The position numbers were made by a program, and so were the translations under genes. From contig JAGHVO010000004.1 in NCBI GenBank assembly GCA_018064245.1, positions 42,078 through 106,077 on the forward strand: DNA of 64,000 nucleotides, written 5' to 3'. Each line of letters opens with the position of its first letter. Within the stretch, counting starts at the first letter, position 1. The stretch is from Candidatus Colimorpha pelethequi. GTDB lineage: Bacteria; Bacteroidota; Bacteroidia; Bacteroidales; P3. The notes beneath the pieces are model-generated. The model was not told the origin of the DNA, ran no database searches, and worked only from the letters and a program-made list of their open reading frames with translations. Of the stretch, positions 56,602 through 64,000 are shown in pieces.

Positions 56602-57690
56602 TTATCGGCCAAACCTTGCAAGGCATCCTATGGAAAATACGAAGTTGATTCCGAAACTGTGGTTGTCGCCGAATTGCATGTAGTTGCCGGCAAGCGCTAT
56701 TCGGGCGTCGTATTCCATCGCCCGAGGCTTCGCTTCCCAAAGGTTGATTGACTGGCTGAATTTCAGATCCATCGCGATACCGAGTTCTCCATAGAAACCT
56801 TTGTCGATATATCTGAAATTGCGGTAGGTCTCATTCGACAGCACCTTGGCGCTTCCTGCCCCTATGTAAGGAATGAGTCTTACGGAGCCTTTGTCGTAGA
56901 ACGCATATCCGTAGCGTCCTCCAAAGTGACTTAACGTGAATGTGTATTCTTCTGTCAGTTCCTCCGTTGCGCCAGATGTCAGCATCGAGATAAGCTTGTT
57001 GGAATAGACGCGTCCGCCACGACCCATGATTCCCAGTTGATGACGGCCCCATGCGATGAACAATGAGATGTCGGCGCCAAAGTCGAAATCAAGATATCCG
57101 TCTTTGCCGTTGATGTAATCCGTTCCGCTGAATCCTATTGTAAATCCGACGCCGAATGGCCTTTGAAGCTTTGGTACGGGACCTGTCGCTGATGTGTTTT
57201 TCAAGATATTGCTGGTGCTGTCCATCCAACGGTCCACCACAGCTTTGTCGATGCCGCCGCTTGATTCCCTGATGAATTTCAAGACTTTTCTCTCCCACAT
57301 GTCTTTTGCTACTTCTACCAACTCGTTGGCACGCTCTTCGTTTATCGACAGCGGCTGCAACTCTCGGCATGTCATTTCGCCGAGGTTGAAAAGCACTTGA
57401 TTATAGCGCAGGTTGTTGTATTCAACTACTTCAGGGTCGTACCACGACTTGGCTTCGTCCATTCCGCAGAGCAGTGCGTAACGGCTTACTTTTACGCCGT
57501 CAATGGTGTCACATACAGGCTCTTGCAGGAAAAAGCAATACAACTCTGAACTTGCGCCGCTGCTGTCTCCTTGACGGGGTACAAAATCGGTCCAACTGAG
57601 ACGGTCGGTCCAAAAACGGTATCCATATCCTTGCGCATTGAGGTTGGCTATTGCCATGAAACCGAGGAGAAAAAGTAAAACTTTCTTCAT
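56602..57690 (-). CDS. hypothetical secreted protein with beta-barrel-like C-terminal half
   Basis: Signal peptide MKKVLLFLLGFMAIANLNAQ. The C-terminal 180 aa has alternating Gly/aromatic beta-strand character. Confidence 0.65.
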   Translation of the reverse strand: MKKVLLFLLGFMAIANLNAQGYGYRFWTDRLSWTDFVPRQGDSSGASSELYCFFLQEPVCDTIDGVKVSRYALLCGMDEAKSWYDPEVVEYNNLRYNQVLFNLGEMTCRELQPLSINEERANELVEVAKDMWERKVLKFIRESSGGIDKAVVDRWMDSTSNILKNTSATGPVPKLQRPFGVGFTIGFSGTDYINGKDGYLDFDFGADISLFIAWGRHQLGIMGRGGRVYSNKLISMLTSGATEELTEEYTFTLSHFGGRYGYAFYDKGSVRLIPYIGAGSAKVLSNETYRNFRYIDKGFYGELGIAMDLKFSQSINLWEAKPRAMEYDARIALAGNYMQFGDNHSFGINFVFSIGCLARFGR

Positions 57691-57771
57691 CTGATGTTTT
57701 GTTTTTCATAAAAATAACGATGTTTTTTTTGAATTATTATCAATTTTTTTTGTCGGTTTCAAAAATAGTTG

Positions 57772-57779
57772 TACTTTTG
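57772..57779 (+). promoter_or_regulatory. candidate -7 promoter box (TACTTTTG) giving a roughly 170-nt leader for the ABC operon
   Basis: GTACTTTTGCAG, with a TTTG-containing T-rich tract about 20 nt upstream. Confidence 0.4.
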
Positions 57780-57874
57780 CAGTGTCGTAGTTTACTAATA
57801 CACCAACAAACAAATAACGAATAATTTTGATTATTAGTCAAATAATGTTTAATAAAGTTGTGACAATCAAAAGA

Positions 57875-57910
57875 TTCAAATCAACAAATCAACAGTTCAA
57901 CAAATCAACA
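57875..57910. repeat. CAAATCAACA word array
   Basis: TTCAAATCAACAAATCAACAGTTCAACAAATCAACA. The 26-mer at 57885-57910 is identical to 48885-48910. Confidence 0.9.
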
Positions 57911-57956
57911 ATTGCACCACTTTATTTTTTTATTGCTTCTAAATACCTTAAATAAT

Positions 57957-58787
57957 ATGATTCAGATTCAAAACCTTGATTTCTCCTACAAGAAATTCCC
58001 AGTGTTCCACAACATCAGTCTGGAGTTCAAACCTGGCAATATCTACGGCTTGTTGGGTGAGAATGGGGTAGGAAAGACCACCCTGTTGAAAATCATTAGT
58101 GGCTTGCAGCCTATCCAGAATGGCAGTTGTAGGGTTGACGAGTTTGTGCCTTTTGAGCGCCGTCCCCAGTTTTTGGAAAACATCGTTTTCTTGCCCGACG
58201 AGGTGCAGTTGCCCGACAACGAAACGCCGCTGAGCTACGTCCAGACTTTGGCTCCGTTCTATCCCAAATTCGCACTTTCTGCTTTCTATCATTTGATGCA
58301 GGAGTTTGAGGTGGAACCTGATCGCAAGTTCAACACAATGTCGTTTGGTCAGCAGAAAAAGTCGTTGATTTCTTGCGCCCTTTCGTTGGGTACCGACTAT
58401 ATTCTGTTGGACGAACCTACCAATGGCTTGGACATTCCCTCTAAGGCGCAGTTCCGCTCGTTGCTTTCCAAGCGTGTGCAAGAGCAAAGCACCATCATCA
58501 TCTCCACCCATCAGGTGAAGGATGTGGAAAACCTTATCGATCCTATCGTGATTCTCGCCTACGACGCTATCTTGCTGAACGCATCGGTGGAACGCATCAC
58601 CCAAAAACTCTTTTTTGAGTATGGTGGCGCGCAACGCGAAGATGCACTCTACAGCGAGTTGCAGCCGGGCGGCTATCTGAACGTGTTGCCCAACGCCACG
58701 GGCGAAGAGAGCCAGGTGAACATCGAAGCACTCTTCAACGCCGTGCATCACAACAAGAAACGTATCGCTCAGTTGATGGCGGAATAA
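57957..58787 (+). CDS. ABC transporter ATP-binding protein
   Basis: Walker A GENGVGKTT, signature MSFGQQKK and Walker B ILLDEPTNGLD. The start is moved to the ATG at 57957 (MIQIQNLDFSY). Confidence 0.9.
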   Translation: MIQIQNLDFSYKKFPVFHNISLEFKPGNIYGLLGENGVGKTTLLKIISGLQPIQNGSCRVDEFVPFERRPQFLENIVFLPDEVQLPDNETPLSYVQTLAPFYPKFALSAFYHLMQEFEVEPDRKFNTMSFGQQKKSLISCALSLGTDYILLDEPTNGLDIPSKAQFRSLLSKRVQEQSTIIISTHQVKDVENLIDPIVILAYDAILLNASVERITQKLFFEYGGAQREDALYSELQPGGYLNVLPNATGEESQVNIEALFNAVHHNKKRIAQLMAE

Positions 58788-58851
58788 TGCTTGCCGCAAA
58801 TCTCTCAATCTGAAAATCTATATATCTTCAAATCTGAAAATCTTTATTAAT

Positions 58852-59664
58852 ATGAATCCCAAATTTTCCTGGAATCGTTTTTGTAAGGTTGTAGCCAAGG
58901 ACGGCCGCAGCCTTTGGAGCAACTATGGCCTGACAATGTTGATTATCTCGATGTTGCCGTTTGCCTTTTGGCTCTTCAAATTTGTGTTGTCGGTTATGAC
59001 GCACAACATTTCCGAAACCGACCCTGACTTGCGCAGGTCTTTTTATTTCTTTGCACTTCCTTTATTGGTCGCCATTATGGCTCCGTCGAGGATGTATCGT
59101 ACCTGCAACCTCCCCAAAGAAGGCATCTATTTCGCCATGCTGCCAGCCTCCAAACTGGAGAAATACTTGAGCATGATGCTCTATTGCGTAATTGTTTGCC
59201 CGTTGCTCAGTTTCCTGGCTATTCTGCTGATGGATACGCTGCTCAGCGTGCTTCCTTTCGGCTCCTATATGCAGGGCTGGTGGGTCGATAACGCTACGGT
59301 ATCTATGGGTGATGATGTTCCTGGCTACATAGTGTGGGGTGTCGGAATCCTTATTTTCCTTTGGTATTTCAAGAATGTTATGCTGTTTATGTTCACCTCC
59401 ACGATTTTCAAGCGCCACAAAGTGATCAAGACCGTCCTTTGGCTTATGGCAATCTCTTTTGTGTTGTCTTTGATTATGATGCCTCTTCTTGTGGTGATCG
59501 GCAACTCATATTCTGAATCCATTGAAGCTTTCTTTGGAAATTATCGTATTGATTATGAATTGCTTGGCGGTTATGTGTCGTGGAGCGCCGTGGCGGAGCA
59601 TTTGGTGGTTTCCGCCGTGTTGGTGTGGTGGACAGGCCACAGATTGAAAAAGATGAGATACTAA
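58852..59664 (+). CDS. hypothetical membrane protein (putative permease partner of the ABC ATPase)
   Basis: 270 aa with about 6 TM helices, between the ATPase and GntR genes. Confidence 0.7.
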   Translation: MNPKFSWNRFCKVVAKDGRSLWSNYGLTMLIISMLPFAFWLFKFVLSVMTHNISETDPDLRRSFYFFALPLLVAIMAPSRMYRTCNLPKEGIYFAMLPASKLEKYLSMMLYCVIVCPLLSFLAILLMDTLLSVLPFGSYMQGWWVDNATVSMGDDVPGYIVWGVGILIFLWYFKNVMLFMFTSTIFKRHKVIKTVLWLMAISFVLSLIMMPLLVVIGNSYSESIEAFFGNYRIDYELLGGYVSWSAVAEHLVVSAVLVWWTGHRLKKMRY

Positions 59665-59727
59665 TAAAGTATTAAGTTTTAAGTGGTCACAAGTCACTAT
59701 TCCCCAGTCACTAATCCCCAAGTACCC

Positions 59728-60072
59728 ATGGACTTCAAGAAACAAAAATCAATATATTTGCAGATAGCCGATACGCTGTGCGAACGTATCGTGTCGGGCG
59801 AATGGAAGCCGGACGACCGCATCCCTTCGGTGCGCGACGTGGCTGCCGAGATGGGGGTGAATCCCAACACGGTGCTACGGTCGTTCGACCAGCTGCAGTC
59901 GTCCGAGATTATCTACAACCGTCGTGGGGTGGGCTATTTTGCCGCCTCCGACGCCGTGGAGAAAATCCTCGAAATCCAGCGCCGCGAATTCCTCGAAGAG
60001 GAGTGGCCCGCAGTGTTGCAGAAAATGAAAATGCTTAACCTCAACCCTGAAGAACTTCTGGGCGTGGTCTAA
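59728..60072 (+). CDS. GntR-family (YtrA-like) transcriptional regulator
   Basis: Winged-HTH region IYLQIADTLCERIVSGEWKPDDRIPSVRDVAAEMGVNPNTVLRSFDQL. The short (114 aa) form is typical of the YtrA subfamily. Confidence 0.9.
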   Translation: MDFKKQKSIYLQIADTLCERIVSGEWKPDDRIPSVRDVAAEMGVNPNTVLRSFDQLQSSEIIYNRRGVGYFAASDAVEKILEIQRREFLEEEWPAVLQKMKMLNLNPEELLGVV

Positions 60073-60082
60073 TGTCATCCCT

Positions 60083-60116
60083 CTAATCACTAATCACCAG
60101 TCACTAATCACTAACC
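60083..60116. repeat. CACTAATCAC word array
   Basis: CTAATCACTAATCACCAGTCACTAATCACTAACC lies between the GntR stop and the next start. Confidence 0.85.
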
Positions 60117-60130
60117 AAAAATAAATCATT

Positions 60131-61216
60131 ATGAACCATTATAAAATATTTTTCCTGCTTGCAGTTGTATTGTTGGCTTCTTGCAAGTCTCCGTTCGAAA
60201 AAATCGATCCTTCGGAACCTATTGTCGTACGTGATAATTATGGTGATGCGGCTCACTATTTTTATAGTGATGTCGATTATAATTATCCCAGTGACGCCAA
60301 CTATGAAATGGGTGATGCCATTGTTTCGTCACCAGTAAACTCGCTTGAGGTTGATTGGGTGTTCGGCTCGGTAAAAGTGGCATATTACGACGGCAAGGAG
60401 GTTCGTTGCACGGAGCAAAACGACAATCCCACCGAAATTACCCGTATGCGCTATTGGCTGGATGGCACTACGTTGAGAATCCGTTTCAGCAAGTCGGGAC
60501 AGTACGAGATGCGTCTGAAACAAAAGGATCTTACCATTCTTTTGCCGAATCTTTCCAAGCCTAATCTCAGAATAAATACTGCTTCTGCAAGTGTGTCGAT
60601 AGAGGGAATTTCCTCAAAAGAAATCAATGTCGATGCCTCTTCGGGCGATATCGTCCTCGAAAATGTGAAAGCATCGTCCCTCGATTTGCGTAATATTTCT
60701 GGCGACATCACCCTGACGAATGTAACGGCCAATAGGCTGGAAATGGAAACGAGTTCGGGCGATGAGAAAATGTCGGGCTGTAATTTCAAGATTACTAACT
60801 TGGAATCTATATCTGGCGAAGTCTTGTTGTCGGAGTCTGGTTGCTCTTCTTTGAATATGGAAACAAGCTCGGGGAATGTGGAAACCAATAATATCCAGTG
60901 CGAAACATGCAACGTGGAATCTGTCTCGGGCGATATTTCGATGAATGGAACCGTAAAACATAATACTGAATTGGAAACCAGTTCAGGAAATGTGTTTTTG
61001 TGTGGTCTCAAGAGTGGTTCTTGCAGTGTCGAGACTGTTTCGGGCGACGTTACGCTGTACACCAGCGAGAAGAATCTTGCGGTATCTTTCAGGACTGTCT
61101 CGGGCGATTTCAACAGTTCGCTTCCTTTTACCAAGAATGGCGATGTCTATAAAATGGGCACGGGCAGCGTGAAAATTGATGTTGAGACCGCTTCGGGCGA
61201 CTTGAATATCAAATAA
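60131..61216 (+). CDS. DUF4097-like (putative adhesin / beta-helix) lipoprotein
   Basis: Lipobox LLASC. Roughly 20-aa repeats each contain [SV]SGD[IV] or TSSGN[VE]. Confidence 0.8.
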   Translation: MNHYKIFFLLAVVLLASCKSPFEKIDPSEPIVVRDNYGDAAHYFYSDVDYNYPSDANYEMGDAIVSSPVNSLEVDWVFGSVKVAYYDGKEVRCTEQNDNPTEITRMRYWLDGTTLRIRFSKSGQYEMRLKQKDLTILLPNLSKPNLRINTASASVSIEGISSKEINVDASSGDIVLENVKASSLDLRNISGDITLTNVTANRLEMETSSGDEKMSGCNFKITNLESISGEVLLSESGCSSLNMETSSGNVETNNIQCETCNVESVSGDISMNGTVKHNTELETSSGNVFLCGLKSGSCSVETVSGDVTLYTSEKNLAVSFRTVSGDFNSSLPFTKNGDVYKMGTGSVKIDVETASGDLNIK

Positions 61217-61239
61217 TAGAAAAGAAATTTTGATAAAAT

Positions 61240-62727
61240 ATGCTGAAAATGAATACAAAAATCAGTTGTTTGTGCTTTGCTTTGTTGTTGATGCTGGGTG
61301 CGCAAGTCAAGGCTCAGGATTGCCAGGCTAACCTGAAAAAGCATGTCTATTATATGGCTTCCGACTCTTTGCGTGGCCGCAAGGCGGGCAGCCCCGAGGC
61401 GCGTCAGGTGGCGACATACATCGCGCAGCAATATGCCGAGGCTGGATTGAAACCTTTTTTTGAGGATTGGTACCAGGATTTCGGCATCTCGGGCAGCCTG
61501 AATGCCAATTGCCGCAATGTGGTTGGATGGATTGAAGGTAACGACCCGCAACTCAAAAACCAATATATCGTCGTGGGGGCCCACTACGATCATCTTGGGG
61601 TGAAAAAAGGTCAGATTTACAATGGCGCCGACGACAACGCTTCTGGAAGCGCGGCGGTGATTGAGATGGCTCGCTGGCTCTCGCAACATCGCTCAGAGTT
61701 GAAATACAGCGTCATTTTCTGCGCTTTCGATGCCGAAGAGGTGGGGCTCTTGGGGTCGGGTGCCTTGGCGGATATGCTTGATGGGAAGGGCTTGATTGGA
61801 CAGGTGAAACTCATGCTCAGCATTGATATGGTGGGTTGGTACGGCCAAAGCGGTTTTCTGCGTCTTGCCGGAGTGAATACCTTGGAGCAGGGTCGCAAGC
61901 TGATGCAGCAGATGGCAAACGACGAGAACGGTCATTGGATCAACATCCGTCCTGTGGGGTTCGAGGGTTCGCCCATTACCGCTACGGACACGGAACCTTT
62001 CGCTCGCCGCCAGGTGCCTACCTTGGCGGTTACTACGGGTCTGAAATCGCCCTATCACAAACCTCAGGACGATGCCGATTTGATTGACTATGCCGGCATG
62101 GAACGCGTTACCGACTATCTGGTACAGCTTGTGGAATCTTTCGCTTCGGGCAAGATGCCTTTGGTGGCTTCGGGTAAGGTGGCTTACAAGCATCGCGACA
62201 CACTTCCTGCTTTGCAACTGGGTGTTGATGTGGGTACTTTGGATGGAACCCTACGTTACGATGACGCTAACCTGGCTTCTTTTTCTCGCAAGGGTTGGTC
62301 GTGTGGCCTGAATCTGCGTTGGAACATGGCTCCTCACTGGGCTTTGCAAGGTGGTGTATATTACAACGATGGCAGACTGAATGTGGTGGATCCCGACAAC
62401 CTGCTGGGCGACAGCCGCAAGGCATACGAGCGCGACTTGATGGTGCCGGTGATGCTGCAGCTGCAGACGGGCATGCCTATGACTAACTTTTGGCTCGGCA
62501 TGGGCGGCTACTACGACAGGATTCTCTCCTCGAGGGTGTGGGCGCAGGATGTGCTGTCACAGTTGGAACCCAACCAATACGGCGTGGTGTTTGGCTGGGG
62601 AATCTATGTCAGTCGCTTGTCTTTCCAGTTGATGTACACTTGCCCTCTGGGTAATTATTATGGGTCGGATTGTGGTTTTGAGTCGTCTAAAAGTCAGTTC
62701 AGATTCTCGATAGGCTTCTTGTTCTAA
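61240..62727 (+). CDS. M28-family metallopeptidase fused to a C-terminal beta-barrel-like domain
   Basis: M28 motifs VGAHYDHLG, GADDNASGSAAVIE and FDAEEVGLLGS. The last 190 aa or so is beta-strand-rich and ends ...FRFSIGFLF. Confidence 0.85.
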   Translation: MLKMNTKISCLCFALLLMLGAQVKAQDCQANLKKHVYYMASDSLRGRKAGSPEARQVATYIAQQYAEAGLKPFFEDWYQDFGISGSLNANCRNVVGWIEGNDPQLKNQYIVVGAHYDHLGVKKGQIYNGADDNASGSAAVIEMARWLSQHRSELKYSVIFCAFDAEEVGLLGSGALADMLDGKGLIGQVKLMLSIDMVGWYGQSGFLRLAGVNTLEQGRKLMQQMANDENGHWINIRPVGFEGSPITATDTEPFARRQVPTLAVTTGLKSPYHKPQDDADLIDYAGMERVTDYLVQLVESFASGKMPLVASGKVAYKHRDTLPALQLGVDVGTLDGTLRYDDANLASFSRKGWSCGLNLRWNMAPHWALQGGVYYNDGRLNVVDPDNLLGDSRKAYERDLMVPVMLQLQTGMPMTNFWLGMGGYYDRILSSRVWAQDVLSQLEPNQYGVVFGWGIYVSRLSFQLMYTCPLGNYYGSDCGFESSKSQFRFSIGFLF

Positions 62728-62766
62728 TTCTCAATGTTTTTTTTTGCTATAATGTCATTGATGTCT

Positions 62767-64000
62767 ATGAAATCTCATGAATCCTTTAAATGTAGGGCGT
62801 TAACCGCTATAAACTGGTGGCGTGCCTTGGTCTTGTCCTGTTTTGCGCTTTTGTCGTTCGATGCCTTTGCGCAGCAGCCTGTCGTCGGCGTGCTGTTGGA
62901 TGACAAGAGTTCAGACCCCGTTCCTTTCGTGAATATTGCCTTGCTGAAGGCTGCCGACAGCTCGTTTGTATGTGGCGCTACCACCAACGACCAAGGCAAG
63001 TTCTCGGTCAACTATGTCGGCAAGTTGGCCGACTCTAATGCACTTGCTGCCGATAGCATCCCGCTGTTGCTGCGTATCTCGTCTATTGGCTACAAAACCA
63101 TCTACTTCCCTGTGCCTCAAAAGCATGACCAACCGCTGGAAATTCGTATGTCGAAGGGCGCCACCACACTCAACGAGGTGGTTGTCACTGCCGATCGTCC
63201 GCTTTATGCCATCGATGGCGAGAAGACGCTATACAACGTGAAAGACGATCCCGCTTTGCAAAGTGGTACTGCCAGCGACGCTCTGCAAAACGCTCCAGGT
63301 GTGGAGGTTGACGCCGAAGGTAACATCACCTTGCATGGCACCGAAAGCGTCAGCATTTGGATCAACGACCGTCCGTCGCATCTCACCGCCGAAGGTCTCA
63401 AACAATACATCAAGTCGCTTCCCGCTGATGCTATTGATCGTATCGAGGTTATCCAAAACCCATCGGCTCGTTATGGTGGGGGCGGACCAGTGGTCAACAT
63501 CATCACGCAGACCAAGGTCAAGCGCAACGAGTTCTTCGGCGTCGGCGCCAACGGCTCTACTTTGCCGAGCGCCATAGGTTGGATGTCGTATGTCTATGCC
63601 AACGACAAATTCTCTATCAATGTCTTCGCCAATGGAGGGTACAACCGCTCTCATTCCGAATCCACTTCCAACGGTGATTCGTATGATTCTGACGGACAGC
63701 TGTCGGAACACAACGAGATGGAGTCGGAATATGAAAACAGGATGCGCCATACGGGGCTTTTTGTTTCGGGAAGCTATACTTTCGACACAATGAACGACCT
63801 CTCTTTCTGGACGGGTATCTATGCTAATTGGTCTAAATCTGAGTCCGATCTGGAACAAACGCGCACCGAATATCTGTTCAATCCTGGAGAGTACCATTTC
63901 AGCGATTTGTCCCATGGTAAAAATAATGCGCTGGGTGGCTACATGGGTGTGAACTATACGCATAAGTTCAACAATGAAGGTCATCGTTTGGATTTGAGTT
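62767..64000 (+). CDS. TonB-dependent-receptor-like outer-membrane protein (CarboxypepD_reg plus plug), 3' end beyond the window
   Basis: Read by hand, since the open-ended ORF is absent from the track: MKSHESFKCRALTAINWWRALVLSCFALLSFDAFAQQPVVGVLLDDKSSDPVPFVNIALL...IDRIEVIQNPSARYGGGGPVVNIIT. In-frame ATGs also occur at 62734, 62752 and 62761. Confidence 0.8.
   Translation, partial: MKSHESFKCRALTAINWWRALVLSCFALLSFDAFAQQPVVGVLLDDKSSDPVPFVNIALLKAADSSFVCGATTNDQGKFSVNYVGKLADSNALAADSIPLLLRISSIGYKTIYFPVPQKHDQPLEIRMSKGATTLNEVVVTADRPLYAIDGEKTLYNVKDDPALQSGTASDALQNAPGVEVDAEGNITLHGTESVSIWINDRPSHLTAEGLKQYIKSLPADAIDRIEVIQNPSARYGGGGPVVNIITQTKVKRNEFFGVGANGSTLPSAIGWMSYVYANDKFSINVFANGGYNRSHSESTSNGDSYDSDGQLSEHNEMESEYENRMRHTGLFVSGSYTFDTMNDLSFWTGIYANWSKSESDLEQTRTEYLFNPGEYHFSDLSHGKNNALGGYMGVNYTHKFNNEGHRLDLS

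Noticed and set aside
57948-58808. 286-aa minus-strand ORF
   Set aside because: It is antisense to the ABC ATPase gene, whose Walker A, signature and Walker B motifs are all intact.
63229-63984. 251-aa minus-strand ORF at the right edge
   Set aside because: It is antisense to an open-ended plus-strand frame that encodes a clear CarboxypepD_reg plus plug (TonB-dependent-receptor-like) protein. That real gene is missing from the ORF track only because it has no stop within the window.

Overview
This is a 64-kb chromosomal window that looks like a Bacteroidota genome, possibly Prevotellaceae-like. The clues are a T9SS SprA translocon, TAnnTTTG -7 promoter boxes 10-35 nt upstream of many start codons, no Shine-Dalgarno sites, a BspA-type LRR protein with a T9SS-type C-terminus, and Sel1/TPR proteins. 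Most of the window is core housekeeping, largely on the minus strand: ECF sigma operon, tRNA-Gly(CCC), Na/Pi cotransporter, rpsO-pnp, pepP, sprA, ruvA, aroK, recN, sufS, DedA, glnA. There are also host-glycan enzymes (a GH33 sialidase convergent with a 1187-aa GH2 beta-galactosidase). A three-gene steroid/bile-acid-type reductase cluster is present (5-alpha-reductase-like, OYE-like flavoenzyme, SDR). A low-GC accessory segment (about 26.2-39.8 kb) holds a small orphan peptide gene, a BspA-like LRR protein, a 750-bp repeat-rich non-coding stretch and three AT-rich lipoprotein genes. It also holds a tightly coupled six-gene Type I R-M operon: HTH, hsdM, DUF1016 PD-(D/E)XK nuclease, RAYT-like HUH gene, hsdS, hsdR. 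The most unusual observations are three. (1) The RAYT-like gene carries perfect REP-like palindromes and an 18-bp tandem array in frame inside its own ORF. (2) A small vocabulary of short low-complexity words (AAGGTY, TTGAGAAYT, CAAATCAACA, CACTAATCAC, CTTAAAA, TCGTCT) recurs in modular order in most intergenic gaps, and similar low-complexity words occur inside coding sequence. (3) The glnA leader is about 310 nt, repeat-filled, and has duplicated 12-codon mini-ORFs. No CRISPR array, rRNA, integrase or prophage was seen. All calls rest on reading the sequence and ORF translations by eye; no searches were run.
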